Positions 39,575 through 49,768 are shown, numbered from the stretch's first letter. The stretch is DNA of 64,000 nucleotides from a virus (IMGVR_UViG_3300014208_000001:101318-165317); one strand, 5' to 3'. Notes: generated from the letters alone by a model not told the origin. Numbers and translations are program-made.

Positions 39575-40022
39575 TCATTTTGATGCCAATATCGGCCAAT
39601 GGGGTGTACTCTTTAATACATCGTTTCATATATTTATGAAATCTTATTAACTCATTAGAATATTTTCTAATAATATCATCGTTGTATTCAGCGATTGGAA
39701 TAGTTATTTTCTTAAATCTTTGTGATATATCTGTTAAAATTATAGTTATGTTTTCAACCACAACAATAAATTCTGTACCATATTTAGTTGTGACTTCAAA
39801 CATACGACCGTTGGTTGGATTATTATACACAATATAATGTTGCACATAACGTGGTTCAATCATTATTATGTCATTAATAACAATATTTGTAAATTGACTA
39901 AATGGCTCATATTGATATGAATGGCGTTTACCACTATTAAATAATGGTTTATATTTGCCGTTTGGTTTAATAATAAATATATCATTGTCTACACCATTGG
40001 CTCGTGTGTAATATTGTATCAT
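39549..40022 (-). CDS. ILND family member
   Basis: FTNIVINDII; IPIAEY. Confidence 0.65.
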   Translation of the reverse strand: MIQYYTRANGVDNDIFIIKPNGKYKPLFNSGKRHSYQYEPFSQFTNIVINDIIMIEPRYVQHYIVYNNPTNGRMFEVTTKYGTEFIVVVENITIILTDISQRFKKITIPIAEYNDDIIRKYSNELIRFHKYMKRCIKEYTPLADIGIKMNEWNCVKS

Positions 40023-40423
40023 ATGAACTCCATTGGCATATCAGTATTCAATACTGATTTAAGCCATTCAAACGAATAGTCATTATAATAACAACGTTTA
40101 CCACATTCACTTGATTCATTTCGATTTATAAGAAGTATGATACGATCATATTCAATATGAATATTATACTTTTTAACTTTTACAAAAACATATTCATTAA
40201 AACCATTAGTTCTAAGAGTTCTCATTGGATGACCATTTTTATGATAACATTCATATACCACTCGCAAAGACAGTATATCACTTATAATTAATGAATACAT
40301 TTCCCATATCGGCGTGAATTCAATTGTATCATTACATTGCTCGTTAGTCATAATATTAATATATTTATTATCAACCAATTTATAAACATAAGATACATTA
40401 TGTGCTTTATTATAATAATACAT
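40019..40423 (-). CDS. ILND family member
   Basis: MYSLIISDIL; YYNDYSFEWL. Confidence 0.65.
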   Translation of the reverse strand: MYYYNKAHNVSYVYKLVDNKYINIMTNEQCNDTIEFTPIWEMYSLIISDILSLRVVYECYHKNGHPMRTLRTNGFNEYVFVKVKKYNIHIEYDRIILLINRNESSECGKRCYYNDYSFEWLKSVLNTDMPMEFI

Positions 40424-40432
40424 GATAATACC

Positions 40433-40470
40433 AAAAAGTCGGGCAACACATTATGTGTTGCCCGACAAAA
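40433..40470 (-). terminator. Rho-independent terminator after the NAMPT-like gene
   Basis: GTCGGGCAACACA/TGTGTTGCCCGAC 13-bp stem with a T5 tract on the minus strand. Confidence 0.85.
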
Positions 40471-40497
40471 GAATCATGTTAACTAAAACAAACAAAA

Positions 40498-41937
40498 TCA
40501 TCCATTTCTATACCTACTTAAAGTGCTTCTAATCACATCAAAATCTTGGTCGATCAGTAACTTCCCGTTTCGATAAACAGGAATTAACATACCACCAGCT
40601 TCTTGTTCTTTAGTGGCGTTTTGTATTACTGAAAAATCTTCATCGACTCTCATCAATCCCTTGTGTGACTTTTTCCAAGAACCAGTTTTGGGTGATTTAA
40701 ATATAGCTTTAGATTCACCATTGATATCTATGTTAGTCGCTTTACAAACATACCCAAACGTGTCTCTGGTGGCGAATTGATAAGTATAACTACCAATTCC
40801 AAGAACAACGTTAGATGAACAGTAATGCTGATCAACCAACCCTTGCAATATCAATTTTTGCTCTTTAAGGTCGATTGAATCACCATATATAGCACCAACA
40901 TGTCCGTCAACCTCAATATATCCGGCATCATTACGATTGCTACCGAATATTTCATCAAGGCATCGAACTAATCCCTTCCGCTCTGGCTCAGATTCAGCAT
41001 TCTTATCACCACAAATTATTTTATGTGGCGTACCGCTATCTGGCCTAATCACTAATTTACCATTTCTATTCATAATAATATCTTTAATACTTGGCAAGAA
41101 TTCAGTGACGAATCGCCAAAAATCATATGAATCAGCAACAACTGACAAAATACCAGTTGGATACGTAACAGTTAAGAGCCTCTTAACTGTTTCGAATTCA
41201 TCATCAGCGCACATTACACTATGTTCTGTCGCTGGTACAGAGCCACCAACAAATCCAGTAGCATTGTAATAATGCTTCAAAAATTTGATAGCTGGTACTG
41301 TATCTGTACCCTTGAATGACAATAAATGTGCCGCCCCTGATACACAAGCATCAGCAACACCACTCATACCACGAAATGAAAAATCATGACCTTGGAAATC
41401 AACGAAATCTGCATTTCCACCAGTTAGTTTGGCGTATGCATCAAACACTTTTCTGAATTCATGTGCCATAGTTGCTGAATTGCCGGGTTTCCATACTTCG
41501 CAACTAATTAAAGTTTCAAAGTAATTGGTAAGCCAGTAGAATTCAGGTATTGTGTTTTTGATTGTCATCAACGGCACTTGTAAAGGAACGACAGATCCTT
41601 CACTCAGCGCTTTTATTTCTAATGGAAGATATCCAAGATTATGCAAATCTCGAACATGCTGAACATCGAACACTATACCTAACGACTCTTCCATTAATTG
41701 TTTATATTCATCACAAACTTCGTCAACATCTCTGCCGAAAAAGTTGTCATTAAATTGCGATATTAAGTATTCTTTGATAACATATTGTAATCCAAAAAAT
41801 ACAACTTTATCGACGCCATCGATACGGCTTTTACGGGCAGTAAAATTTGAGTACACTTCACGCGTACCTCTTGGGTACTGCGATCTATGATCTGCCTTGT
41901 AAAAATCAATAAGAAACATAGGATTTACTGGAAACAC
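40498..41937 (-). CDS. nadV: Nicotinamide phosphoribosyltransferase-like protein (NadV; Namat in NARP1)
   Basis: IDFYKADHRSQYP, GHDFSFRG, VPATEHSVM, VADSYD, LVIRPDSG, GAIYGDSI, KATNI. Confidence 0.93.
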   Translation of the reverse strand: MFPVNPMFLIDFYKADHRSQYPRGTREVYSNFTARKSRIDGVDKVVFFGLQYVIKEYLISQFNDNFFGRDVDEVCDEYKQLMEESLGIVFDVQHVRDLHNLGYLPLEIKALSEGSVVPLQVPLMTIKNTIPEFYWLTNYFETLISCEVWKPGNSATMAHEFRKVFDAYAKLTGGNADFVDFQGHDFSFRGMSGVADACVSGAAHLLSFKGTDTVPAIKFLKHYYNATGFVGGSVPATEHSVMCADDEFETVKRLLTVTYPTGILSVVADSYDFWRFVTEFLPSIKDIIMNRNGKLVIRPDSGTPHKIICGDKNAESEPERKGLVRCLDEIFGSNRNDAGYIEVDGHVGAIYGDSIDLKEQKLILQGLVDQHYCSSNVVLGIGSYTYQFATRDTFGYVCKATNIDINGESKAIFKSPKTGSWKKSHKGLMRVDEDFSVIQNATKEQEAGGMLIPVYRNGKLLIDQDFDVIRSTLSRYRNG

Positions 41938-42734
41938 GGAATCACCTCCACCTGAGAATAGTCACTCACACCACTAACACTGTCAGTTGTTATAATGCGT
42001 TTATAATATTTCTTTAAATCTCTGATACCTTCTGATCCTCGAGAAAATACGCCATGCGATATATACAATGATGGCATAAAATTATACAATTCTAAACATT
42101 TACCCAAAATATTAAATGTCGCGCCACCATCACATATATCATCGATAACTAATATTTCAGCACCACTCTTAACATGATCATGATATTTAATTTCGTAATG
42201 AGTGATATAACCGGTCGATTGATCCCTTACTTTTTCACCAATCAAAATTGGCTTATTAGTTGTATATCTGTTTGCGGCACCAGCATCTGGGAAGCATACG
42301 CAATCAAAATCACATGCTAAATAATCAATATCAGGCATATCAATATTAATTACAGTACCAACGATAGTATTAAGTAATTCAGAGCTATGCGGATCAAAAA
42401 CTCTTATTGATTTGAAATTTAAATACGATAACCAATCTATAAATGTGTGTAATGCGAATGTGTGTTTATTATTAACATTTTTATCTTGTCGACCATACGG
42501 CAAATATGGTATTGTTAAGTTGACATTGTTACCTATCAATGTCATAAGCTGCATAATTGTGACTAATTCGATTTCTGTGTCGAATCGCCAATATATTTCA
42601 TGCGGACCACTGGCTGTGTATATTGCATCATCTGGCAATTTCCATACTTGCTGCGTACCATCAGGAAAATGTGTAGGAGTAACATCAATACCGTTTAACG
42701 TAATCATTTCGTTTGCCTTAAAAGAAAGACACAA
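41925..42734 (-). CDS. prs: Ribose-phosphate pyrophosphokinase-like protein (Prs; Adps in NARP1)
   Basis: HFPDG, PYLPYGRQDK, FPDAGA, VIDDICDGGATF, SHGVFS; probable ATG at 42707. Confidence 0.92.
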   Translation of the reverse strand: MCLSFKANEMITLNGIDVTPTHFPDGTQQVWKLPDDAIYTASGPHEIYWRFDTEIELVTIMQLMTLIGNNVNLTIPYLPYGRQDKNVNNKHTFALHTFIDWLSYLNFKSIRVFDPHSSELLNTIVGTVINIDMPDIDYLACDFDCVCFPDAGAANRYTTNKPILIGEKVRDQSTGYITHYEIKYHDHVKSGAEILVIDDICDGGATFNILGKCLELYNFMPSLYISHGVFSRGSEGIRDLKKYYKRIITTDSVSGVSDYSQVEVIPCFQ

Positions 42735-42761
42735 AATACAGCTTTGAAGTTCACAATTGAA

Positions 42762-43448
42762 TTAAGATTTGCATCCTGATTCTTCGTGTTCATCCCACGC
42801 CAAAATGATATCCTTATGATATCGCTTCAACCTATCATTAATAACTTGACTATGCGGTGTCAATTTAACCACAGTGCGTGGAAGTTTAATTTTTCTAAAT
42901 CTAGGAATGATATGATATACTTCATGCCCCAATTTATTAAGATAATCAGCTATCATTGATCTATGACATCTAGTCCAACATGCTTCACAACATATCATAG
43001 CATAATTACGGCCATCTTTTGATAAGTTAATCAAATCACTTACACTATCCATAAATTCTGGTAATTGCATATAATGCTGATAATCATGAAATCCATAATT
43101 TGTCCAACCAAATTCATCAGTCAATGGTCTCTTTTTAGCTATCCGTTGCTTTGGAAACGCATTATTTGTATAAATTTCAATATCAACATCATATCGCTCC
43201 TTAAATAACTTGATTGTGTTATCTGACAAACTAGCATGATGGTTATTCCATCCGCCAAGGTATGGCCACCATTGATATTCTATGCCAGCTTCAGTAAGCC
43301 ATGCTCTCATACACTCTTTATTAAAATGCGGGTAATTTTTAGAACCAGGATGGCTACGTGTATCAATTATAACATCGATATTTGCAGTTTTGCAAATATC
43401 GATGAAATCATCTACTGAAAACGTCGAATGCCCTAAACTGTGTAACAT
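42762..43448 (-). CDS. DUF488 family protein
   Basis: SLGHS...IDTRSHP...ICCEACWTRCHRSMIADYL. Confidence 0.85.
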   Translation of the reverse strand: MLHSLGHSTFSVDDFIDICKTANIDVIIDTRSHPGSKNYPHFNKECMRAWLTEAGIEYQWWPYLGGWNNHHASLSDNTIKLFKERYDVDIEIYTNNAFPKQRIAKKRPLTDEFGWTNYGFHDYQHYMQLPEFMDSVSDLINLSKDGRNYAMICCEACWTRCHRSMIADYLNKLGHEVYHIIPRFRKIKLPRTVVKLTPHSQVINDRLKRYHKDIILAWDEHEESGCKS

Positions 43449-43471
43449 TTGATACTTTCACAAAAAACGAG

Positions 43472-43894
43472 TTAACCGTTAACTTTCTGGTCTTTGATAA
43501 GTGAATTAATATACTCTATTGAGTAATCAAAATATGAATACTTTATACCACGAACACTAAATGACTTATTAGAAAATACTAAAAATTCATTAGATGCAAT
43601 ATTAACATGTATTTGTGAATCGTATGTATATAAAATCTTATTAATTTTATAATTTGCGATTAGATCATTTAATATAGCATTATGCAGTGGGCATATCGAC
43701 CAATGTAATACAATAGTACTGTTTATTGTTTTAGATGACGCTGTATAATGATATGACGACGTCATTGATATAAGTAAGTCACTAGACGTGGCTGAAGAAG
43801 TATGCACAGGCGAAAAGTCAAGTATACGGTTTGATAATATTTCCCTTAATTGATCATCATATATTAATCCAGAATATGTATAATACTGTTTCAC
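43472..43894 (-). CDS. ILND family member
   Basis: LHNAILNDLI; YSYFDYSIEY. Confidence 0.65.
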   Translation of the reverse strand: MKQYYTYSGLIYDDQLREILSNRILDFSPVHTSSATSSDLLISMTSSYHYTASSKTINSTIVLHWSICPLHNAILNDLIANYKINKILYTYDSQIHVNIASNEFLVFSNKSFSVRGIKYSYFDYSIEYINSLIKDQKVNG

Positions 43895-44283
43895 GATGTG
43901 TACTCCATAATCAATTTTAAAAAATACTCTGGTGAGTATTCAGTAAATGAACAACATATATCATCATTGTCATAATGATCATATCTACATCTCGATTCTC
44001 CACAATTGAATATTATACTATCGCTATCTATATCAATATATATCGCGTGATCATTATAGATCATTGTGATATATAAACCACATTTTGTACTGTCAATTGA
44101 CGTTATAGTAAACTTGTCGTAAATATCATTCAAAATAACATTATAAATATCATTTAATTTAATTATTATTTCTGATGTAATTATTTCTCCCGATACGATA
44201 TCAACACTATTAGCATCAACAACCTTACCATATGTGGCATATAAATCAGAACTATCAACAATAGTACTATAAAATTGCCTCAT
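43891..44283 (-). CDS. ILND family member
   Basis: IYNVILNDIY. Confidence 0.65.
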   Translation of the reverse strand: MRQFYSTIVDSSDLYATYGKVVDANSVDIVSGEIITSEIIIKLNDIYNVILNDIYDKFTITSIDSTKCGLYITMIYNDHAIYIDIDSDSIIFNCGESRCRYDHYDNDDICCSFTEYSPEYFLKLIMEYTS

Positions 44284-44289
44284 TACATA

Positions 44290-44601
44290 TTATTTCTTGC
44301 CTAACAAACCGAGTAAAATCAGCATAGAACCAAATATTAATAAATTTATCAATGGTGCTATAAATATTAAGCACGCTCGATATTCAAATCCAAAATTAAA
44401 TAATATCCATGATATAATAATAGATAGAAAACATGCAAATGGAAAAGTTAATATGCTGATAACTGTTGTAATCTTTATTTTATTATTTTCTGACCCCGGT
44501 GAATCAAGTATCATAGGAGACATCATAGCCAAAAACACACCGATTATACCAATCAATCCAAAAATAATAGAACATAGTACTAAAGAAATTATTACACCCA
44601 T
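44290..44601 (-). CDS. Small three-TM membrane protein, paralogue of 59400..59696
   Basis: Hydrophobic helices flanking DSPGSENN. Confidence 0.75.
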   Translation of the reverse strand: MGVIISLVLCSIIFGLIGIIGVFLAMMSPMILDSPGSENNKIKITTVISILTFPFACFLSIIISWILFNFGFEYRACLIFIAPLINLLIFGSMLILLGLLGKK

Positions 44602-44630
44602 TTTAAACTCCTATAATAAATTTAAATGGA

Positions 44631-44822
44631 TTAAACTATTTTGTTACATAAAGCGCATTTATAAACATGACCACATTCTTCAATAATCAACACATGCCTA
44701 CATTCATTATTTAAATAATAATAAAATTCTTCATCTATCTCTTCAATAATAGCTAACCGCACAATACTACTATCTGGCCACGAACGAATAATCACATAAA
44801 TTTGATTATCATTAAATTTCAT
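44631..44822 (-). CDS. Small hypothetical protein with a CxH...CxxC motif
   Basis: ECGHVYKCALC. Confidence 0.5.
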   Translation of the reverse strand: MKFNDNQIYVIIRSWPDSSIVRLAIIEEIDEEFYYYLNNECRHVLIIEECGHVYKCALCNKIV

Positions 44823-45220
44823 ATGATACTACGTATCCCGTTATAATCTTTAAGATCAATAATTTTATAGCGTACAAAATGATTACCGCGACGTGGTGTA
44901 TGATTTATTATTATATTAATTTTATCATTTATAATCAATCTGGCTTCTTTAGTTTTCTTCAACAAAATAAGTTTTAAATATGGTGCGTCATTTACTATAT
45001 ATCTCGCTAATTTTATATGCCAATTTGAGTTTTTGATATCATTTAAAATAATATGAAAAATATCGGACATATCAGATATGATCTTAGTATTAGTATAATT
45101 ATCATAAAATTCATTAGTATCAATACTATAATATCCTGCTTCCATTTTATAAAAAATAGATGATGAACTATATGATGCGACATAATCAAAATGATAAAAT
45201 AAGCCCATCATTTCACCCAA
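44819..45220 (-). CDS. ILND family member
   Basis: IFHIILNDIK; IDLKDY. Confidence 0.65.
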   Translation of the reverse strand: MGEMMGLFYHFDYVASYSSSSIFYKMEAGYYSIDTNEFYDNYTNTKIISDMSDIFHIILNDIKNSNWHIKLARYIVNDAPYLKLILLKKTKEARLIINDKINIIINHTPRRGNHFVRYKIIDLKDYNGIRSII

Positions 45221-45693
45221 TTCATGTGTTTAATACGATTTCTAAGTTTATTTTCAAAATCACAATCAAATAAGTTAATTATATCAGTATCTGTGTTTCC
45301 TGTCCACCATGGTGATATCATCATTTTTACTTTATCATATGCTATAATTATTGTTATGTTATACCCACTAGGATTTCTGTACGTAATATGAATTTCGCTA
45401 TTATAGTATAATATAGTAACTTTATCAATACCATCGGACATTTCTCGTATATATCTAGGAGAATCATATACAATTTTTAATTCATCTGCTATAATATTTA
45501 ATATAATTTGATACATATCATTGATAATACTACATGTATGTATACCATACCATTTAATTACCGATTCTGGTATTATTGGATATACGTCATGTGCTAATGT
45601 GAACGCTAAAAGATTGAATATTTCTATTTTAGAAGTATAGTACCATTTAATCGTCGTCATTGCCACCGAAATCTTTAAGGTGTAATATCTCAT
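45208..45693 (-). CDS. ILND family member (start uncertain)
   Basis: MYQIILNIIAD. Confidence 0.55.
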   Translation of the reverse strand: MRYYTLKISVAMTTIKWYYTSKIEIFNLLAFTLAHDVYPIIPESVIKWYGIHTCSIINDMYQIILNIIADELKIVYDSPRYIREMSDGIDKVTILYYNSEIHITYRNPSGYNITIIIAYDKVKMMISPWWTGNTDTDIINLFDCDFENKLRNRIKHMNWVK

Positions 45694-45859
45694 CTACTTT
45701 ATATGAAATACTAAATATTCTATTACAATTTGGGCAATCGGCAATATCGATGCTAGTCCCAGAGTAATTACGTTCCGTGATTTCTAATCGTACACCTATT
45801 ATCTGCCCGTTTTTTCTTTTGATTGGTTCGCATTTCGGGCACATAATGTCACTGAGCAT
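45647..45859 (-). CDS. Small zinc-ribbon protein
   Basis: CPKC...CPNC. Confidence 0.7.
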   Translation of the reverse strand: MLSDIMCPKCEPIKRKNGQIIGVRLEITERNYSGTSIDIADCPNCNRIFSISYKVDEILHLKDFGGNDDD

Positions 45860-45896
45860 GATATGTGTTCCGGTTTCACTTTATGTGGTAAAATAA

Positions 45897-46345
45897 CCAG
45901 GGACTCGACCTGGCTCCGCTGGTCGGCCGACAGCTTGCGGTCGTGGGCGAGCGGACATATCGCCAGGAACTGCAGGCTGACGTGATCGTCGTGCGGCAGG
46001 TGCAGATGGTGCGATTGCGGCCTATCGAAGCTCGGATTCCGGATCAAAAGTAAGCAATTTCTCGCTTACCGGCTTTTTAGCCACGCCTTTCGACTTCGCT
46101 TGTTTCCGCAGCAACTTTGCTCGTGACCTCGACGCGGACGAACCAGTCGGACTATCGACCAGTTCATTGATTACCGCGCGCGCGGAAGCAGAGACCGTTC
46201 GAGCCAAGATTGCCTGAAGATGCCGCTTCACGACCTTCTTGGGGAATCTTGCGGCAACTTGAACTGCCCAAGCGTCAAGATGTGCTGAGTAGTCCGCTGG
46301 ACCAAGCATAGCACTGCCAGATCAAGAGTGAGGACGGGAAAATTT
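45897..46345. other. GC-rich foreign DNA insert
   Basis: Hand counts: 41/60 GC at 45901-45960 and 34/60 at 46141-46200, versus 17/60 at 45361-45420. Confidence 0.85.
46022..46309 (-). CDS. Hypothetical basic protein (95 aa) inside the GC-rich insert
   Basis: Complete ORF with GC-rich codons. Confidence 0.5.
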   Translation of the reverse strand: MLGPADYSAHLDAWAVQVAARFPKKVVKRHLQAILARTVSASARAVINELVDSPTGSSASRSRAKLLRKQAKSKGVAKKPVSEKLLTFDPESELR

Positions 46346-46463
46346 GTGGAATACTGGGTCTTTTTCACAAATCATATTACCATTGCCTATATGCGAAACT
46401 TGACTTCCGCACATTGGGCAAAATTTTATTAAATTAGTTGGGTATAAATAACTCATAAATAAC

Positions 46464-47384
46464 TCATGATGCCCGTTCGACATCAAATACGATACGCTCT
46501 TTACGACTATTCCATTTAAAATTCAGCCAATATGCGCCAAGTATCTTAGGTGGTTTACCAGTCCTTGCATGCCATCCACCTTCGCCAGCACCATAGTCAT
46601 CTTTATATGTTGATGTTTTTAAATGCAATACTTCATCATGATACACTACATCTTTTGCGCTTATACGCTTACGAGCTATTATTTTAGTCCAACTATCATG
46701 AGTATGACCAGACCATATGATTTCTGCATCTGGCAAATAAACTTGCCGCCTCTGATGTTGGATAGCATCATGCGTTACTGGCCCACCACCACCATATCCA
46801 TGATCATAATGCAAAGTAACAGTTTGACCCATACCTAAATTACCAGTATTCAATGATTGTGCAAATCTAAATCTTACAAATCCACCGAAACCCCCCGATA
46901 CAACATTGGCTCCATTAGCATTTAATAATGCACAAAATCTTTGGATTAAATCAGTTTCGTGTCTATCTTTAATTGATGCTTCGTGATTTCCTTCACCACA
47001 TAATATAAATAAATCTTTCCATGGTTGCCACCAGTCAACTGCTGTTTCTACTAAACGATCTAAATAGTCACCGTATTGGTGTTCTGCTCTTACGCTTGAT
47101 TTATCAGATCTTCTGTCATATTTTCCTTGCATCGCACAAAACATATCGCCGTTTTCTATAACGCCAGCTCTTCTCATTCTAGCTTCGTCTAGATGTTCTT
47201 TTTGCATTGTCCAGTTAGAGTGCGGATTATCCCAATGTCTATCTGAACATAACAAAAATGACTGCGCCCACTCTGGCGATTTAGTGAATGGCACGTTTAT
47301 GACTGTCACACCAGGCGATATTCTACTCCACGAAAAATCAACTGATTTCGATTGTGGTTTAATCACTTTGCGTTTTGTTACCAT
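46464..47384 (-). CDS. Calcineurin-like metallophosphoesterase
   Basis: SDRH, NGD, GNHE, HYDHG and SGHTH motifs in canonical order. Confidence 0.88.
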   Translation of the reverse strand: MVTKRKVIKPQSKSVDFSWSRISPGVTVINVPFTKSPEWAQSFLLCSDRHWDNPHSNWTMQKEHLDEARMRRAGVIENGDMFCAMQGKYDRRSDKSSVRAEHQYGDYLDRLVETAVDWWQPWKDLFILCGEGNHEASIKDRHETDLIQRFCALLNANGANVVSGGFGGFVRFRFAQSLNTGNLGMGQTVTLHYDHGYGGGGPVTHDAIQHQRRQVYLPDAEIIWSGHTHDSWTKIIARKRISAKDVVYHDEVLHLKTSTYKDDYGAGEGGWHARTGKPPKILGAYWLNFKWNSRKERIVFDVERAS

Positions 47385-47394
47385 TACTTTTCCT

Positions 47395-47799
47395 TTATTC
47401 TATTAAAATAGGCCATTCTAAGTATTTTATTGGTTTGTGTGAGTTTTTAAATTCGATTATTTCGTGTTTTATACCTTTACTTTCATCCCATCCTGGCATT
47501 TTCACAACTATCATGCCGACTGATGAATACACCATAGGAGCATCTATTTTCATCCATATATCATGATCTATTGGGTTAATATCGCCATATGTTGATAATA
47601 AATGACCATGGACTATTGGGGAATAAATATTTATGCCATTTTTTAATAGTTCAGCGGCTATGTTGCATGCATGTTCAAATGCTGAATTTAAGCCGCATTC
47701 CCATTTTGTGTATGGCGTAGCAAGATACCAATATCCTTTACCTTGCAATGCGATTAATTCTTCCACAGTTATAGTCCTGAGACTATGTTCTATGTCCAC
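47395..47799 (-). CDS. DUF1937-like (nucleoside deoxyribosyltransferase fold) protein
   Basis: YLATPYT, YSPIVHGH, GWDESKGIKHEI. Confidence 0.75.
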   Translation of the reverse strand: MDIEHSLRTITVEELIALQGKGYWYLATPYTKWECGLNSAFEHACNIAAELLKNGINIYSPIVHGHLLSTYGDINPIDHDIWMKIDAPMVYSSVGMIVVKMPGWDESKGIKHEIIEFKNSHKPIKYLEWPILIE

Positions 47800-47881
47800 G
47801 TAATATTTGCTACGACAACTTATATGAAACAGAAATTAATCTATATATTAACAAAGCTTTAACATCCGGCAAGAGACGTAA

Positions 47882-48241
47882 ATGAAACAACTCACAGAAC
47901 AATGGGCTATATGCCAATTTTATGAACCATTCCGATTAGGCGGGCCTCTATGGGATTTCGTAAGATTTAAAGTTAATGGATCACCAATAATACTTGATAG
48001 AGATATAGAAGCATTCATATACACATTTCCAAAACCAAAAGAATACAGAGTACATCATACGCAAACAGGCGGTTTATTAGGTTCTGGCAAAACACAAAAA
48101 GCAGCTATAGAAATGGCTAATTACAATATATCAATGACACCCGATATATTTAATCAATTTTTAACACTTGGCCCAGTATTAAACCACAGAGAAGTACAAA
48201 CACATGAAGCTTTTAATAGACTATCTAAAAGTAAGCGGTAA
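47882..48241 (+). CDS. Hypothetical protein (119 aa)
   Basis: Uninterrupted ORF with protein-like composition. Confidence 0.7.
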   Translation: MKQLTEQWAICQFYEPFRLGGPLWDFVRFKVNGSPIILDRDIEAFIYTFPKPKEYRVHHTQTGGLLGSGKTQKAAIEMANYNISMTPDIFNQFLTLGPVLNHREVQTHEAFNRLSKSKR

Positions 48242-48653
48242 TATTTTGATAATCAGATAATTTAACTACTTTAGTATACGATGCTTTTAAACCATTAATG
48301 TAATAATACCTATAACATGTCAATTTTATAGTATCGGGTGAAAGTGAAATTTTAATATATCTTCTTCTTTTGACTATTTGAATATCTAACCAAGATTCTC
48401 CAAAAAAATGTGTATGTCTATAAGTTGCACTTCCAACATACCACCCAGAATTTATAATATCATTTAAAATGATACTATTTACATCATTAAGTTTTACTAA
48501 TTCGCGTCTATGTTTGTGACACCATCTTTGACGCAATTTGTCCCAAGTAACAAATTGTGGTACGTATTTTTTACTATATTTAATATAAATATATGATGTT
48601 AAGGCATCAGGTTGCGTATAAAAAACATAGTCAATCATATAACAATGTTGCAA
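48225..48653 (-). CDS. ILND family member
   Basis: VNSIILNDII; VKLSDY. Confidence 0.65.
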   Translation of the reverse strand: MQHCYMIDYVFYTQPDALTSYIYIKYSKKYVPQFVTWDKLRQRWCHKHRRELVKLNDVNSIILNDIINSGWYVGSATYRHTHFFGESWLDIQIVKRRRYIKISLSPDTIKLTCYRYYYINGLKASYTKVVKLSDYQNITAYF

Positions 48654-48667
48654 CGCACGTGTTTTTG

Positions 48668-49279
48668 TTAAATAACTTCATCCATAAAACCATAATATAC
48701 AGCTTCTTCTGATGTCATCCACCAATCAGTTAATTTATCGATTTTGTCTTTTATGAAAGCATTCATTTTTTTAACATTCATATTATTTTCTTTAGCAAAT
48801 TCGCCATTTACGCATCTGTTTGCATAAATATCAAGCATTATATCATTCGCTTTCTCATAAAATTTAGCACCATTAATAACTTGTCTAAAGTCACCACTAT
48901 CAGCGTACGTACCATAATGTACCATAAAATCACAATATTTAGTAATTTGCCTATATGCGGCTGCTTGTGGTATTATTGAACTCATCGATCTAGAATGAGC
49001 CGATGATATAAAATTAACATTAGATTGAGAATTCTTTATAGCATCAAATATCGCCATTCCATAATTCCAGCACCCACCAAAACTCATCATTTTAACTGTT
49101 ATATCATTATTAGATATTGAATTTAAATAATCTAAATTCTTAACAAACGTTGCAGCCATTCTAAAATCAACACCAGCTTCTTCAGAATCTAATTCTGAAT
49201 GCAAATATATTATTCTATTTTTAGGATCCATATAATAATAATGAATTTGATCTAGCAATTCACTAATAATTTTAGCCAT
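48668..49279 (-). CDS. clpP: ClpP-like protease proteolytic subunit
   Basis: RIIYL, SFGG, SRSMSSII, FMVH, WMTSEEAVYYGFMDEV. Confidence 0.85.
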   Translation of the reverse strand: MAKIISELLDQIHYYYMDPKNRIIYLHSELDSEEAGVDFRMAATFVKNLDYLNSISNNDITVKMMSFGGCWNYGMAIFDAIKNSQSNVNFISSAHSRSMSSIIPQAAAYRQITKYCDFMVHYGTYADSGDFRQVINGAKFYEKANDIMLDIYANRCVNGEFAKENNMNVKKMNAFIKDKIDKLTDWWMTSEEAVYYGFMDEVI

Positions 49280-49324
49280 TTTATTTTCCTAATTAAAGAT
49301 TTATCATAGTTTAAATTCATAAAA

Positions 49325-49768
49325 TCATTTTTCAAAAATTACATTATAATGCGCCGTAACTCTGTCGATCAATCTAGAAAATTCCATTTGTACTTTATTA
49401 TTAATATCAATATCATTTAATATTATGCGTGCATTATTATGCATAAATGCTACATATGTATCATTTATAGATATTACAAGCTGTCCATTAGGACTAGGTG
49501 GATCACTATTATACTTACGCTCTAAATTTATTGGAGATATATATAAATATGTAGCACTAATAAGTATTGAAAATTTGATATTCTTATATGTATAATATTT
49601 ACCGTCAAATGAAAAATTTAACATATCAATAATAGCACAGAATACATCACTTAATTTATTATCATTGACTATCGGTAATACTTTATCTAACGATTGACAA
49701 GTAATATTACTATGTCGATAAAACATTATCTCTTTCTCGCACCAATCGTTCTGTGCGTAATTTAGCAC
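49325..49768 (-). CDS. Hypothetical protein (147 aa), weak ILND-like
   Basis: SDVFCAIIDML. Confidence 0.6.
   Translation of the reverse strand: MLNYAQNDWCEKEIMFYRHSNITCQSLDKVLPIVNDNKLSDVFCAIIDMLNFSFDGKYYTYKNIKFSILISATYLYISPINLERKYNSDPPSPNGQLVISINDTYVAFMHNNARIILNDIDINNKVQMEFSRLIDRVTAHYNVIFEK

Noticed and set aside
28357-42734. Inteins or introns in rarA, phoH, nadV and prs
   Set aside because: All have roughly normal family lengths, and no intein or intron signatures are visible.
45799-46047. 82-aa minus-strand ORF with His-rich sequence
   Set aside because: Probably the antisense mirror of the + strand captured gene fragment; it runs across the GC junction into unrelated sequence.
46444-46465. 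11-bp tandem duplication ATAAATAACTC containing TATAAATA
   Set aside because: Only two copies in AT-rich DNA, and oriented away from the adjacent genes; not supportable as a promoter or iteron.
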